Below are positions 16,767-25,084 of a stretch of 32,032 bases of DNA, one piece after another. A program made the position numbers and the translations under genes. Every line of letters starts with the position of its first letter. Position 1 is the first letter of the stretch. Below the pieces are notes generated by a model, which ran no database searches, was not told the origin of the DNA, and was given only the letters and a program-made list of their open reading frames with translations. Location of the stretch: contig JAYEKR010000256.1 in assembly GCA_034661115.1 (NCBI GenBank), positions 1-32,032 of the forward strand. Direction: 5' to 3'. This DNA is from Thermodesulfobacteriota bacterium (lineage in GTDB: Bacteria; Desulfobacterota; Desulfomonilia; UBA1062).

Positions 16767-17504
16767 ATGGAGATGAAACGTTTATGGATAACAGGGATGT
16801 TTGTTTTGTTGCTGCCGCTCGGCCTTATGGCTCAGGGTGGTATATCAGAGGCCGACGCACTCTACGACAAAGGCGGTCTTGAAAACTTCAAAAAGGCAAC
16901 CGGGATCTATGAGACGGTACTGGAAAAGACACCTGACAGCTACGAGGCTGCATGGAAGGCAGCAAGGGCATTCAGGGAGTATGGAAACCAGGCCAAGGAA
17001 GACAATGTCACCGGATGGAAGGATATCTGTAAAAATTATGGAAAAAAGGGCATGGAGACCGCAAAAAAGGCCATTGATATAGATAGCACCAGGGTGGAGG
17101 GACATTTTTACTATGGCCTCAGCGTAGGTGTCTATTCCGATGGGGTAAGCATACTTACCGCGCTCAAAGAGGGATTAAAAAACAAGACCCAAGACGGTTT
17201 TGAAAGGGCATACGCGATCGACAAAAGGTTTGAAGACTGTGGACCAATCATTGCATTGGGACGATTCTGGCAGGTCCTGCCATGGCCTCTGAACGACAAA
17301 AAAGACTCCCTTAAGTATTACAGGGAGGCCCAGCAGTACCAGCCTGACAACCCGGAACTCCTCTACTTTCTCTCCGAACTCCTGCTGGATATGAGAAGAA
17401 AACACAAAAAAGAGGCCATGGGCCTGCTGGAAAAGGTGTCGGCATCCGATGACGCATATTTCAGTGGCAAGGCCAAAAAACTCCTTGCCGAAGAAAAAAG
17501 CTGA
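16767..17504 (+). CDS. Secreted all-alpha / TPR-like repeat protein (possibly TatT-like)
   Basis: GAGGGGG Shine-Dalgarno then ATG 16767. The signal peptide is MEMKRLWITGMFVLLLPLGLMAQ, followed by helical repeats. The family assignment is tentative. Confidence 0.55.
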   Translation: MEMKRLWITGMFVLLLPLGLMAQGGISEADALYDKGGLENFKKATGIYETVLEKTPDSYEAAWKAARAFREYGNQAKEDNVTGWKDICKNYGKKGMETAKKAIDIDSTRVEGHFYYGLSVGVYSDGVSILTALKEGLKNKTQDGFERAYAIDKRFEDCGPIIALGRFWQVLPWPLNDKKDSLKYYREAQQYQPDNPELLYFLSELLLDMRRKHKKEAMGLLEKVSASDDAYFSGKAKKLLAEEKS

Positions 17505-17514
17505 CCGACATCCT

Positions 17515-17548
17515 TCCCGGGGTTCTTCAATGGGCCCCGGGGTTTTTA
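17515..17548 (+). terminator. Intrinsic terminator
   Basis: 7-bp GC stem cccgggg (17516-17522) / ccccggg (17535-17541), followed by T5 (17543-17547), 11 nt after the stop codon. Confidence 0.5.
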
Positions 17549-17562
17549 CCTGAAAAAAAGCA

Positions 17563-17660
17563 GAACACCACCAATGCCATTTTCTTTTTTCTATCCTTCT
17601 TTCCGCCTGCCTGCTGCAGGCAGGGATGACAGGAAAGGTGCGGGGATGACAGGTTATTGC
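17563..17660. repeat. Partial mosaic repeat, copy E
   Basis: gaacaccacca..., ccgcctgcctgctgcaggcagg and ggatgacagg x2 resemble modules of copy B. Confidence 0.5.
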
Positions 17661-17715
17661 CAAAACATATTAAGGGGTTTCAAGTCATGAACATTTACAA
17701 ATCAGCATTTATCCT

Positions 17716-18066
17716 TTAAAGCATACCTGCCCGGCTCAGATGCATCATGGATGCCCTTTCAGAAGACTTTATCATGTCAATGAGACCCTGTAGATCAAGC
17801 TGGTTTTCCTGGATAAAACAGACAGCCATGCCCTTTGAGCCAATACTCCGGATCACCCTGGATGAAATACAGATAACCCGTCCAAAATCCCTGGCATCAA
17901 AGCTAATATCCACCTCTTCACCTCTCTTTAATGGATTCCGGGTCTCTATAAAGGCGCCTGAACGGCTCAAATTGCGAACCGTTCCCTTCAAAAGACTGCC
18001 ACCTCTATCCTGGTATCTTGCCTGGATATTCACGGATCTCCTTGCCTGCTTTCTCTTTTCGTCCAC
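17716..18066 (-). CDS. PilZ-domain (c-di-GMP binding) protein
   Basis: RKQARR (RxxxR) and NLSRSGAFIET (D/NxSxxG) motifs in a 116-aa single-domain protein. It appears to start at a GTG at 18066. Confidence 0.75.
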   Translation of the reverse strand: MDEKRKQARRSVNIQARYQDRGGSLLKGTVRNLSRSGAFIETRNPLKRGEEVDISFDARDFGRVICISSRVIRSIGSKGMAVCFIQENQLDLQGLIDMIKSSERASMMHLSRAGML

Positions 18067-18231
18067 AACTCACCCACCACATGGAATAATACCCATACTT
18101 TTCGACAAGTTCCGGGTTTTCTTTAACCCCTCTTTGCATTCGCTATGGCGAACAGGGGAGAGACCTGGGTTTTATTCCCAGCTGCTTACGGAGGGGAATC
18201 AAACCCGCATCCAGCATGCCAGGGCATTGTC

Positions 18232-19206
18232 TTATCCCTGCATCCTGACCACCCCGGCAATGGCCCTGAGCGCATCTGCGTGAAGGTGGCCGTTTGTGGC
18301 AAGGATTCCCTGGTTCGTCTGAAGTACACGGCCCTGTGAAAAGTCCAGGTCCTTGCCACTGAAATCACTGACCCGGCCCCCGGCCTCCTCTACCACGATA
18401 CTGCCTGCTGCATGGTCCCAGATCTTTTCACGATATGCAGAACTCCTTGGAAGCCTCAGGTAAACAGATGCCCTGCCCGAGGCAACCGCGGCATATTTGA
18501 CCTGGGAGTCTATACGCAGGGACGGTTCAATAATTCCCATTGCCTGCGAGATTTGAAAATGTTTTTTGTGGGAGGAATGGCCCTTTTCAACGGACTCGCA
18601 AAACCGCGCCATAGACGCATCTTCTATCTTATCCGCGCATATGGCCCTATCTTTATCTTTTGTATCCAGGTACCGCATATAAGCGCCCTTGCCTTTTACC
18701 GCATAAAAAAGGCCCCCTCCCCTGTCGTCAAAAGAAAAATTCGGGCATCCCAGCACACCAAGGACAACCCTGCCCTCCTCCACCAGACCCAGGGCCACGG
18801 CATACTGGTCTTTCCTCAAAAAACCCTTTGTCCCGTCAATGGGATCGACCGTCCAGAAACGCGTTTTGGGTCCCGTATTGTGAGCACCGTAATCAATGGC
18901 TTCATACACACCCTGCATATCAAGATGTACCTGGGTATTCACCAAATCCACGACCCTTTTCCCCATTGCCGAATCGCTTCGGAGGACAGCAGAATCCTCC
19001 TCTCCAATGATCGCATCATGGACAAAGGCCTGTCTTATCATAAAATCTATAATGGCCTGACTCCCGAAATCCGCAATGGTCACGGGCGAACGGTCTGTCT
19101 TTTCAATGGTATCTGTATCTGCAATGGTCTTCTGCACCTGCCTGCAGATCATCGAGGCCTTTTCAACCGCATCCAGCGCCACTGCCAGTTCCTTGTCATA
19201 CGCCAT
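18232..19206 (-). CDS. 3'(2'),5'-bisphosphate nucleotidase / inositol monophosphatase family (HAL2-type)
   Basis: DRSPVTIADF, IIGEED and WTVDPIDGTKGF motifs, with length and layout like HAL2/SAL1-type PAP phosphatases. Confidence 0.8.
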   Translation of the reverse strand: MAYDKELAVALDAVEKASMICRQVQKTIADTDTIEKTDRSPVTIADFGSQAIIDFMIRQAFVHDAIIGEEDSAVLRSDSAMGKRVVDLVNTQVHLDMQGVYEAIDYGAHNTGPKTRFWTVDPIDGTKGFLRKDQYAVALGLVEEGRVVLGVLGCPNFSFDDRGGGLFYAVKGKGAYMRYLDTKDKDRAICADKIEDASMARFCESVEKGHSSHKKHFQISQAMGIIEPSLRIDSQVKYAAVASGRASVYLRLPRSSAYREKIWDHAAGSIVVEEAGGRVSDFSGKDLDFSQGRVLQTNQGILATNGHLHADALRAIAGVVRMQG

Positions 19207-19444
19207 ATATCTCCCCCTTTTCCAAGATCCTAGAACACAGGATGCAGTGTGGAGTCAATCACAAGAAAAGGGGCCCCATGATCAAACCAGCCGTATTTGT
19301 CGGCAAATCGCCATGTGATTTTATCGAAAACCTTCCTTAAAATTAACAGAAAACTTAAAGTATGATACTCAAACGGCCGAAAAATCATATGTCGATTTTA
19401 ATATTGGTATCAAAAGATATTGGCATAAACAAGGGAGGTTATGG

Positions 19445-20365
19445 ATGAAAAAGATATTTATTGCCCTGCTGCTTGGTTTCTTTATTACCATCTCAACTGC
19501 TTCAATAGTTGCAGCTGAGGTTGATGTTGATTTTTCCACGGATCTGGGCTTGCTTCATGGGAACACCACATACCAGATCGGAGGTGGAGTAATATATGCT
19601 GATGGGAGCTTAAGTTCCTATCATTTTCCGATAAGCGAGCTGGAGTTTCCCCTGGATGTCTATATTGCCAGTTTCGGGATAGACCTCACAATGGAAAAAC
19701 GCCTTTACCTCAGTGCTGAATATCAAATGAACATAGACAAAACCGCTGGTGATATGAAGGATTCCGACTGGCTGAGCCCATACCAACTCGATATATATTC
19801 AGAAAGCCAGAGTGAACTTACGGCCCGCATCATGCGGGCGGTCGTGGGATATGGATTCTACAATACAGAAAACACCTCCTTTACCCTAAACCTGGGTTAT
19901 CTCCACCAAAGATTCGAATATGACTGCAAAGACACGTGCCAGGAATATCCATCCTCGGGTACAGAGGCTGACTATATCCCGGGCAAGACAATAACCTATG
20001 AGATAACCTACAAGATCCCCTATATAGCCATTGGCGCAAGAGGAACAAGGGGGAGAACAACTATTGACCTGTCTCTTGGCGGAACCCCCCTGGTCAGTAT
20101 AAAGGATGAGGATCATCATCTTAGACGCAACCCGGTCAAGATCTCATACGGAGACTGCACGGGCCATGCCTATATCGGGTCCTTTGAGGCGGCATACGCC
20201 TTATCAGAGGCCTGGTCGCTTGATACGGGTCTTGATTACCTCAAGATCGAGACAAAGGGTGAACAAACACAGAACCAGGTACCCGGGGGATTATTGGGTA
20301 TCATTGACCAGAAGATTACCAGCGAGCAGATTTTCTTTTACCTTGGCATAAAATACGCTTTCTGA
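19445..20365 (+). CDS. Omptin-family outer-membrane protease
   Basis: Signal peptide. GDMKDSDW aligns to OmpT GNMVDQDW (Asp83/Asp85), IKDEDHH aligns to OmpT DNDEHY (Asp210/His212), and KIPYIAIG aligns to KMPYIGLT. The C-terminus is a beta-barrel-type LGIKYAF. Confidence 0.8.
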   Translation: MKKIFIALLLGFFITISTASIVAAEVDVDFSTDLGLLHGNTTYQIGGGVIYADGSLSSYHFPISELEFPLDVYIASFGIDLTMEKRLYLSAEYQMNIDKTAGDMKDSDWLSPYQLDIYSESQSELTARIMRAVVGYGFYNTENTSFTLNLGYLHQRFEYDCKDTCQEYPSSGTEADYIPGKTITYEITYKIPYIAIGARGTRGRTTIDLSLGGTPLVSIKDEDHHLRRNPVKISYGDCTGHAYIGSFEAAYALSEAWSLDTGLDYLKIETKGEQTQNQVPGGLLGIIDQKITSEQIFFYLGIKYAF

Positions 20366-20371
20366 TATCAT

Positions 20372-20407
20372 AAAAAAGCGGGTATCGTTGTGGAATGCCC
20401 GCTTTTA
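20372..20407 (+). terminator. Intrinsic terminator
   Basis: aaaaaagcggg ... cccgctttt: stem 20377-20382 / 20398-20403 with a T tract, 7 nt after the omptin stop. Confidence 0.6.
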
Positions 20408-20474
20408 ATCCCTTTCCCGGGAAATCATATAGACGCATGAAGGGATGGTATTTTATGGATCAGGAGGTTCTTTG

Positions 20475-21857
20475 ATGGATTTTTTCTTTAATCCCAGGGG
20501 CATTGCAGTGATCGGGGCAACAACGAACCCGAACAAGGGTGGATATCATATCCTGGACAATTGTCTCCACGGATACAAAGGGCCTGTCTTTCCGGTGAAT
20601 CCGGCATATGAGACTGTCCTGGGCCAAAAATGCTACCCGGATATAGCATCCATACCAGGGGTCTTTGACCTTGTTATATACTTTATCCCTGCAGAAAACC
20701 TTCCAGAGACCATAGAGGCCTGTGCAAAAAAAGGGGTGAAAGGGATTATTATTGAATCGGCCGGTTTTGCAGAGGTGGGCGCAAAGGGAAAAACCCTGCA
20801 GCAGCAATGTCTTGAGCTTGCGCATACCCATGGTATCCGCCTGTGGGGACCGAACTGCATGGGGCTTATCGATGCACATTCAAGGCATATGTTTTCCTTT
20901 ATGTATGATGATACCTGGAAAACCCTGCTCACACCGGGTCCTGTCTCCATGATCGTACAGAGCGGGATGCTCTCTGCAGGATTCCTGCTGATGATCCTTG
21001 ACAGGGGCGGCATGGGTATCCGACGCATATGTTCCATAGGAAACAAATGTGATGTGGACGAGACCGAATTGCTTGAATACCTCCTGGATGACCCTGAAAC
21101 GCATGTCATCGGCATGTACATTGAGTCCATCAGGGACGCCAGAAAGTTTATGGATCTTGTCCAGAGGGCATCCAAACCCATTGTCTTACTCAAGGGGGGC
21201 AAGAGCCCAGGGGGGATGAGGGCTGCCCAGAGCCACACTGCAAGCATGGCAGGAAACCATGAGATCATGCAATATGCATTCAGGCAGATGGGAATCTGCC
21301 AGGTCTCGGATGTAAACGAGCTGACCGATTTCCTTAGGGGATTCTCAAAGACACACGGGTTTTCAGCCCGGCAGGGAACCGGGGTAATCTCTTTTTCCGG
21401 GGCAGGCGGTATCATCACTGCAGACCTGCTGCAGCAGCATGGACTGAACCTCGCAAACCCCTCTTCGAAAACCCTTGGCCGGCTCAAGGAGATCTTCCCT
21501 GAATGGATGCCACCTGCACACCCGCTGGATATATGGCCGGCCATTGAAAAAAACGGCCTTAAAAAGGTATACACACATGCGATAGACGCACTCATGCATG
21601 ATGACGGGGTGGATTCCCTGGTCATACACATGCTGGCAAACCGCACAAACCCTGAACTATTCGAGGGACTTGCTCAGATGAAGGATGAGCTCAAAAAACC
21701 CGTGATTGTATGGCTCACAGGAACTGGCACAGGCCTTTATAATTTCAGAATGAAAATAGAGAAGATGGGCATCCCGGTCTTTGAAGAGATGGACCGCGGG
21801 ATCGCCTTTCTTGCCGCTGCACAAAGATATTTTATATATAGGGCCAGCAGGGCATGA
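20475..21857 (+). CDS. ADP-forming acyl-CoA synthetase alpha-type protein (CoA-binding and succinyl-CoA-synthetase-like domains)
   Basis: AGGAGG lies 7 nt upstream of ATG 20475. FFNPRGIAVIGAT..NKGG, VFPVNP and a candidate phosphohistidine loop AAQSHTASMAG are present. There is no ATP-grasp (beta) part in this ORF or next to it. Confidence 0.85.
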   Translation: MDFFFNPRGIAVIGATTNPNKGGYHILDNCLHGYKGPVFPVNPAYETVLGQKCYPDIASIPGVFDLVIYFIPAENLPETIEACAKKGVKGIIIESAGFAEVGAKGKTLQQQCLELAHTHGIRLWGPNCMGLIDAHSRHMFSFMYDDTWKTLLTPGPVSMIVQSGMLSAGFLLMILDRGGMGIRRICSIGNKCDVDETELLEYLLDDPETHVIGMYIESIRDARKFMDLVQRASKPIVLLKGGKSPGGMRAAQSHTASMAGNHEIMQYAFRQMGICQVSDVNELTDFLRGFSKTHGFSARQGTGVISFSGAGGIITADLLQQHGLNLANPSSKTLGRLKEIFPEWMPPAHPLDIWPAIEKNGLKKVYTHAIDALMHDDGVDSLVIHMLANRTNPELFEGLAQMKDELKKPVIVWLTGTGTGLYNFRMKIEKMGIPVFEEMDRGIAFLAAAQRYFIYRASRA

Positions 21858-22068
21858 GCACGGCACGGCACGGCAAAAATGGTACTGCAATGAGGGGGGT
21901 TTTTGGTTGGTAACCGTTTACGGCCATAAGCTGGAGGCTGGAGACCCACATTGATGGTCTCGCGAAAAACCCTGCAGCTTTGGCATCGCACTCCAAGGGA
22001 TTAGACCAATCCCAATCTGCGAATGCTGCGGATTAAAGATCCTACCGAAAAAATTCGATATATATTCC

Positions 22069-22572
22069 ATGCAAAAATGGATGCGTTTACGGATGCTGGG
22101 TGTATTTATCATTGCCTGTGTGATGGGCTGTGTGACGCAGGCAAATCTACCTGTGGATGAGATATGGCCGGAAGAAAAAAACATGACCCGCCTTGAGCGA
22201 CAGGTTATGAACCTGTGCGAGGACCTGACCGAGGGGATCAGCCCCGGGACGATACACCTTGCCTGGTATGACAACCTTCATCCGGAATCCCCCATGCTTT
22301 CTGATGTCTACATCGTCTCCATGATGAGGCGATCCTTGACCGCAAAGGGATTTTCCATTGTGTCAAAAAAGGATAATGCCGTGTATACACTGAATATGGT
22401 CATGACACCTGGGAAAAAATGCCTTGTCATGCTGGCATCCATTCATCATAATGATCAGGTGATATCTACAAGGGAATCAGTCTTTATAAACCGCAGCGAA
22501 AAGTGGAACCAGTCCCTGATCTCTCACCGTTACAGGACCGACACACTCATACCTCTTGGGGGCAAACGGTGA
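22069..22572 (+). CDS. Small lipoprotein 1 (LpoB/FlgO-like fold suspected)
   Basis: Lipobox IIACVMG|C. A pattern of alternating hydrophobic strands (IHLAWYDNL, FSIVSKKDNAVYTLNMVMT) resembles FlgO/LpoB-type lipoproteins. The family call is inference. Confidence 0.6.
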   Translation: MQKWMRLRMLGVFIIACVMGCVTQANLPVDEIWPEEKNMTRLERQVMNLCEDLTEGISPGTIHLAWYDNLHPESPMLSDVYIVSMMRRSLTAKGFSIVSKKDNAVYTLNMVMTPGKKCLVMLASIHHNDQVISTRESVFINRSEKWNQSLISHRYRTDTLIPLGGKR

Positions 22573-23105
22573 AGAAAATCATCGCGGGTCTTGCGGTTAT
22601 AATCTTTTTTTCGGGTTGCGCGCATGTTCAGCCCAATTACAGCCTGACCATGGAGGGTGCGGCCAAAAGGCTTGCATCTTACTTGGCATCAGGACTGGAT
22701 GAGTCTTACAGGGGAATGAGCTGTCTGTCTGCGTGCCCGGTTGATGCAGGCACCATGCATGCAGGCCGTTTCGGCCTCTCTATGCAGGAACTCATGATCA
22801 ATGCCTTGACCGATGAAGGGGTCAATGTAGTGGATGTACAGTTGAGAAAAAAACCGTATATCACCTGTACGGACGGGTTCGTTGCACTGAGCCGGGATGC
22901 TTCCAGGCTCAGGGATGAATACAGGGCCGGGGTAATTTTGGTCAGCACCTATATTACGGGACGTCATAATATTGTCATTACCACAAGGGCCGTGGATTTT
23001 ACCACGAACGAGACCATCACATCGGCCACCACCTCTTTGCTTATGTCGCCCTCTATAATGGACATGCTGCATGCAGACCAGGAAAAGAGGCTCTATGAAA
23101 GATAG
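22569..23105 (+). CDS. Small lipoprotein 2 (LpoB/FlgO-like fold suspected)
   Basis: I prefer the GTG at 22569 (VKKIIAGLAVIIFFSG|C), which forms a GTGA overlap with the upstream stop. VNVVDVQLRK...AGVILVSTYITGRHNIVITTRAVDFTTNE is FlgO/LpoB-like. Confidence 0.6.
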   Translation: MKKIIAGLAVIIFFSGCAHVQPNYSLTMEGAAKRLASYLASGLDESYRGMSCLSACPVDAGTMHAGRFGLSMQELMINALTDEGVNVVDVQLRKKPYITCTDGFVALSRDASRLRDEYRAGVILVSTYITGRHNIVITTRAVDFTTNETITSATTSLLMSPSIMDMLHADQEKRLYER

Positions 23106-23646
23106 GTTATATCTTGTTGTCATCTTCCTTGTGATCCTTTCCGGATGCGCCCTGGTTAAACCCGGATACAGGGAAAAGACATCCACACCCATTGCATTCG
23201 GGCTTGAAAATCGGTTTAAATCCGCTATTACAATTATGCCCTTTGAATGCAGAAACCAAAAATGGAAGGCCTGGGGTACATATGCAACAGACAGGACAAA
23301 GGAATACCTGCTGGCCGAGCAGGCATTCTTGCGGGTGGTATCCTTTCATGGTACTGCCCGTACACCATACATCCTCAGGGGTGAAATCAACGATCTGTTC
23401 TATGGCGGAACAAGCATGCCATCCCGTGTGGATATAACCATACGCGTCATTGATGTCTCAGACGGCAACACCAGATTCCTCAAAAGACAGTCCGTATCCA
23501 TGGAAAAAACCGCCTTTCATATGACATGGTTTACCCGGGTCTATATGGCTTCACCGTCCACAGAGGAACTCCTGTGTCCTTTGCTGAAATCAGCGGCCCG
23601 GGATATCGCAAAACAAACACATGAACCAGAAATAAAATGTCCATAG
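23095..23646 (+). CDS. Small lipoprotein 3 (CsgG-N/LpoB-like fold suspected)
   Basis: AAGAGG then ATG 23095 (MKDRLYLVVIFLVILSG|C, a perfect lipobox), with an 11-nt overlap with lipoprotein 2. ITIMPFE ... YILRGEINDLFYGG ... VDITIRVIDVSDGN is the pattern. Confidence 0.6.
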   Translation: MKDRLYLVVIFLVILSGCALVKPGYREKTSTPIAFGLENRFKSAITIMPFECRNQKWKAWGTYATDRTKEYLLAEQAFLRVVSFHGTARTPYILRGEINDLFYGGTSMPSRVDITIRVIDVSDGNTRFLKRQSVSMEKTAFHMTWFTRVYMASPSTEELLCPLLKSAARDIAKQTHEPEIKCP

Positions 23647-23667
23647 AAGAATACCCCTTTATCCAAG

Positions 23668-23690
23668 AGGCTGTCCGGAACAGCCTTTTC
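23668..23690 (+). terminator. Intrinsic terminator of the lipoprotein operon
   Basis: Perfect 7-bp stem aggctgt / acagcct with loop ccgga, followed by TTTTC. Confidence 0.6.
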
Positions 23691-23773
23691 ATAAGGGTTA
23701 CACTTTTAACCCACGGATATTACTACCTCTAATTTGCTCAAAACGACAAATATTTGAATTCTTGGACACTCTC

Positions 23774-24598
23774 CTAGTGAATCACAGCGGCAAGGTATCC
23801 CACCACAGAGGAAGAATCATTGGTGACATCTGCAGAGGTTGCATATTTCAGGACATCTATATCTGTCTTTGATCTTGATCGGGCGTATTGCATGGCGGTC
23901 ATAACAGGTCCGCCCCCACAGGCCTCGACCCCTCCCTGCTCTATGGCATGCTCCAGTCCATCGATATCAAAACCGGCCACCATTTGAGATAGTTTTGTAT
24001 CCATTGCACGGGCCTGCTCAAGGCTGTGAAAATGCGAAAGATCGGAGCTGGCCACAACAAGGACCCGTTCAGGGTCTTCTATTGTCTTTTCCAGTGCATT
24101 ACAAAGTGCAGAACAAGCCCACCGGTCCTGGGTTCCCATAATGACAGGAACCAGGGAAAAACCGGAAAGAGTTGCCTGTAAAAAGGGGAGCTGCATCTCC
24201 AATGCATGTTCGGACAAGTGCGGTCTATTGTCAAACCTGATGCATTCCGCAGCATCTGCAAGCCGTGTGCACAGGGCCTCATCCACCAGGATCTGCCCAA
24301 GGGGTGTCTCAAAGGCGCCATTGCCCCACAATGCACAAAAGGGGAACAATGCCCTGTGAGAGGGGCTGATAACCACAACCGTGTCATAGCTGTGTTTCAT
24401 AATTGTCTTGTAGGCATAGGCAGCAGTTGCCCCGGAATAGATGTATCCTGCATGGGGAGAGATGATCGCTGCGGGCCTTTTAATCCGGTCCGGGATAACA
24501 GCCTGGTCAAGGTATTTAAGGATATCCCCCCTTAGGTCTCCGGGGTCTCCCGGATACCATGTTCCGGCAACAGCGGCATTACGTATATGTCTTTCCAT
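23774..24598 (-). CDS. AmmeMemoRadiSam system protein B (MEMO1 family)
   Basis: AGTWYPGDP and ISPHAGYIYSG motifs, 274 aa. No AMMECR1 or radical-SAM partner is present in the window. Confidence 0.9.
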   Translation of the reverse strand: MERHIRNAAVAGTWYPGDPGDLRGDILKYLDQAVIPDRIKRPAAIISPHAGYIYSGATAAYAYKTIMKHSYDTVVVISPSHRALFPFCALWGNGAFETPLGQILVDEALCTRLADAAECIRFDNRPHLSEHALEMQLPFLQATLSGFSLVPVIMGTQDRWACSALCNALEKTIEDPERVLVVASSDLSHFHSLEQARAMDTKLSQMVAGFDIDGLEHAIEQGGVEACGGGPVMTAMQYARSRSKTDIDVLKYATSADVTNDSSSVVGYLAAVIH

Positions 24599-24701
24599 AA
24601 TACATCCCCCTCTAAAAATCAGGTTCTCTCAATATGCTTAGGAATGCAAGGCCAAAAGGGGTTTTTAACCGTTCACAAAAAGCTGAAACCGGGAATTGGA
24701 T

Positions 24702-24980
24702 GAACCCGCATGAGCAGCGCTCACAACCAGAGATGAAAAACATCCTCACCACAGGGACGCAGATTACGCAGAGTCAAGACCTTTTTTATCCACAGATTAC
24801 GCAGATTACGCAGACGGGAAAGCCCATCAAACCAGCCCACGGCTTGGGGCTATCAAGCCCTGCCACGTTCGCGGGACAGACCCCTTCAGGAGGGGAGGCA
24901 GCCTCACATACCCTTGTCCTGGATTCCCGCCTTCGCATGTCTGGATGCGACGCACTTCGCAGGCGGGGATGGCAATCCAA
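24702..24980. repeat. Mosaic palindromic intergenic repeat, copy C
   Basis: The head gaacccgcatgagcagcgctcacaaccagagatgaaaaa is in the same orientation as copy B. cagattacgcag occurs three times (two tandem). A partial ggattcccgccttcgc module is present, and gcgacgcacttcgcagg is the reverse complement of a copy B module. Confidence 0.65.
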
Positions 24981-25084
24981 GCAATTAGTTCCTTCCTTGT
25001 GATTTCTGCACATCAACAGCCCCTTTTTCATATAAGCCCGCAAAATTCAAAATAACGTATCACCCCTGGGTTTGGATGGCCTTA

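Noticed and set aside
18185-18215. gcgggtttgattcccc, resembling a tRNA or tmRNA T-arm, downstream of the nucleotidase gene
   Set aside because: Only a 3-bp T-stem can form. I could not build an acceptor stem, anticodon arm or CCA context on either strand.
20633-21646. 337-aa ORF antisense to the acyl-CoA synthetase gene (similarly 18412-19233 antisense to the nucleotidase gene, 5430-5924 antisense to batE, and 3322-3714, 6320-6742 and others)
   Set aside because: These are shadow ORFs opposite well-supported genes. Their composition is Ser/Pro/Arg/Cys-rich and low in complexity, and they have no recognisable motifs.
21857-21905. cacggcacggcaaaaa...gggggg ttttt, superficially like the start of a c-di-GMP-I (GEMM) riboswitch or a terminator
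   Set aside because: The conserved GEMM P1/P2 tetraloop-receptor elements are not present. The G6-T5 run has no complementary C-rich arm upstream, so neither call is supportable.
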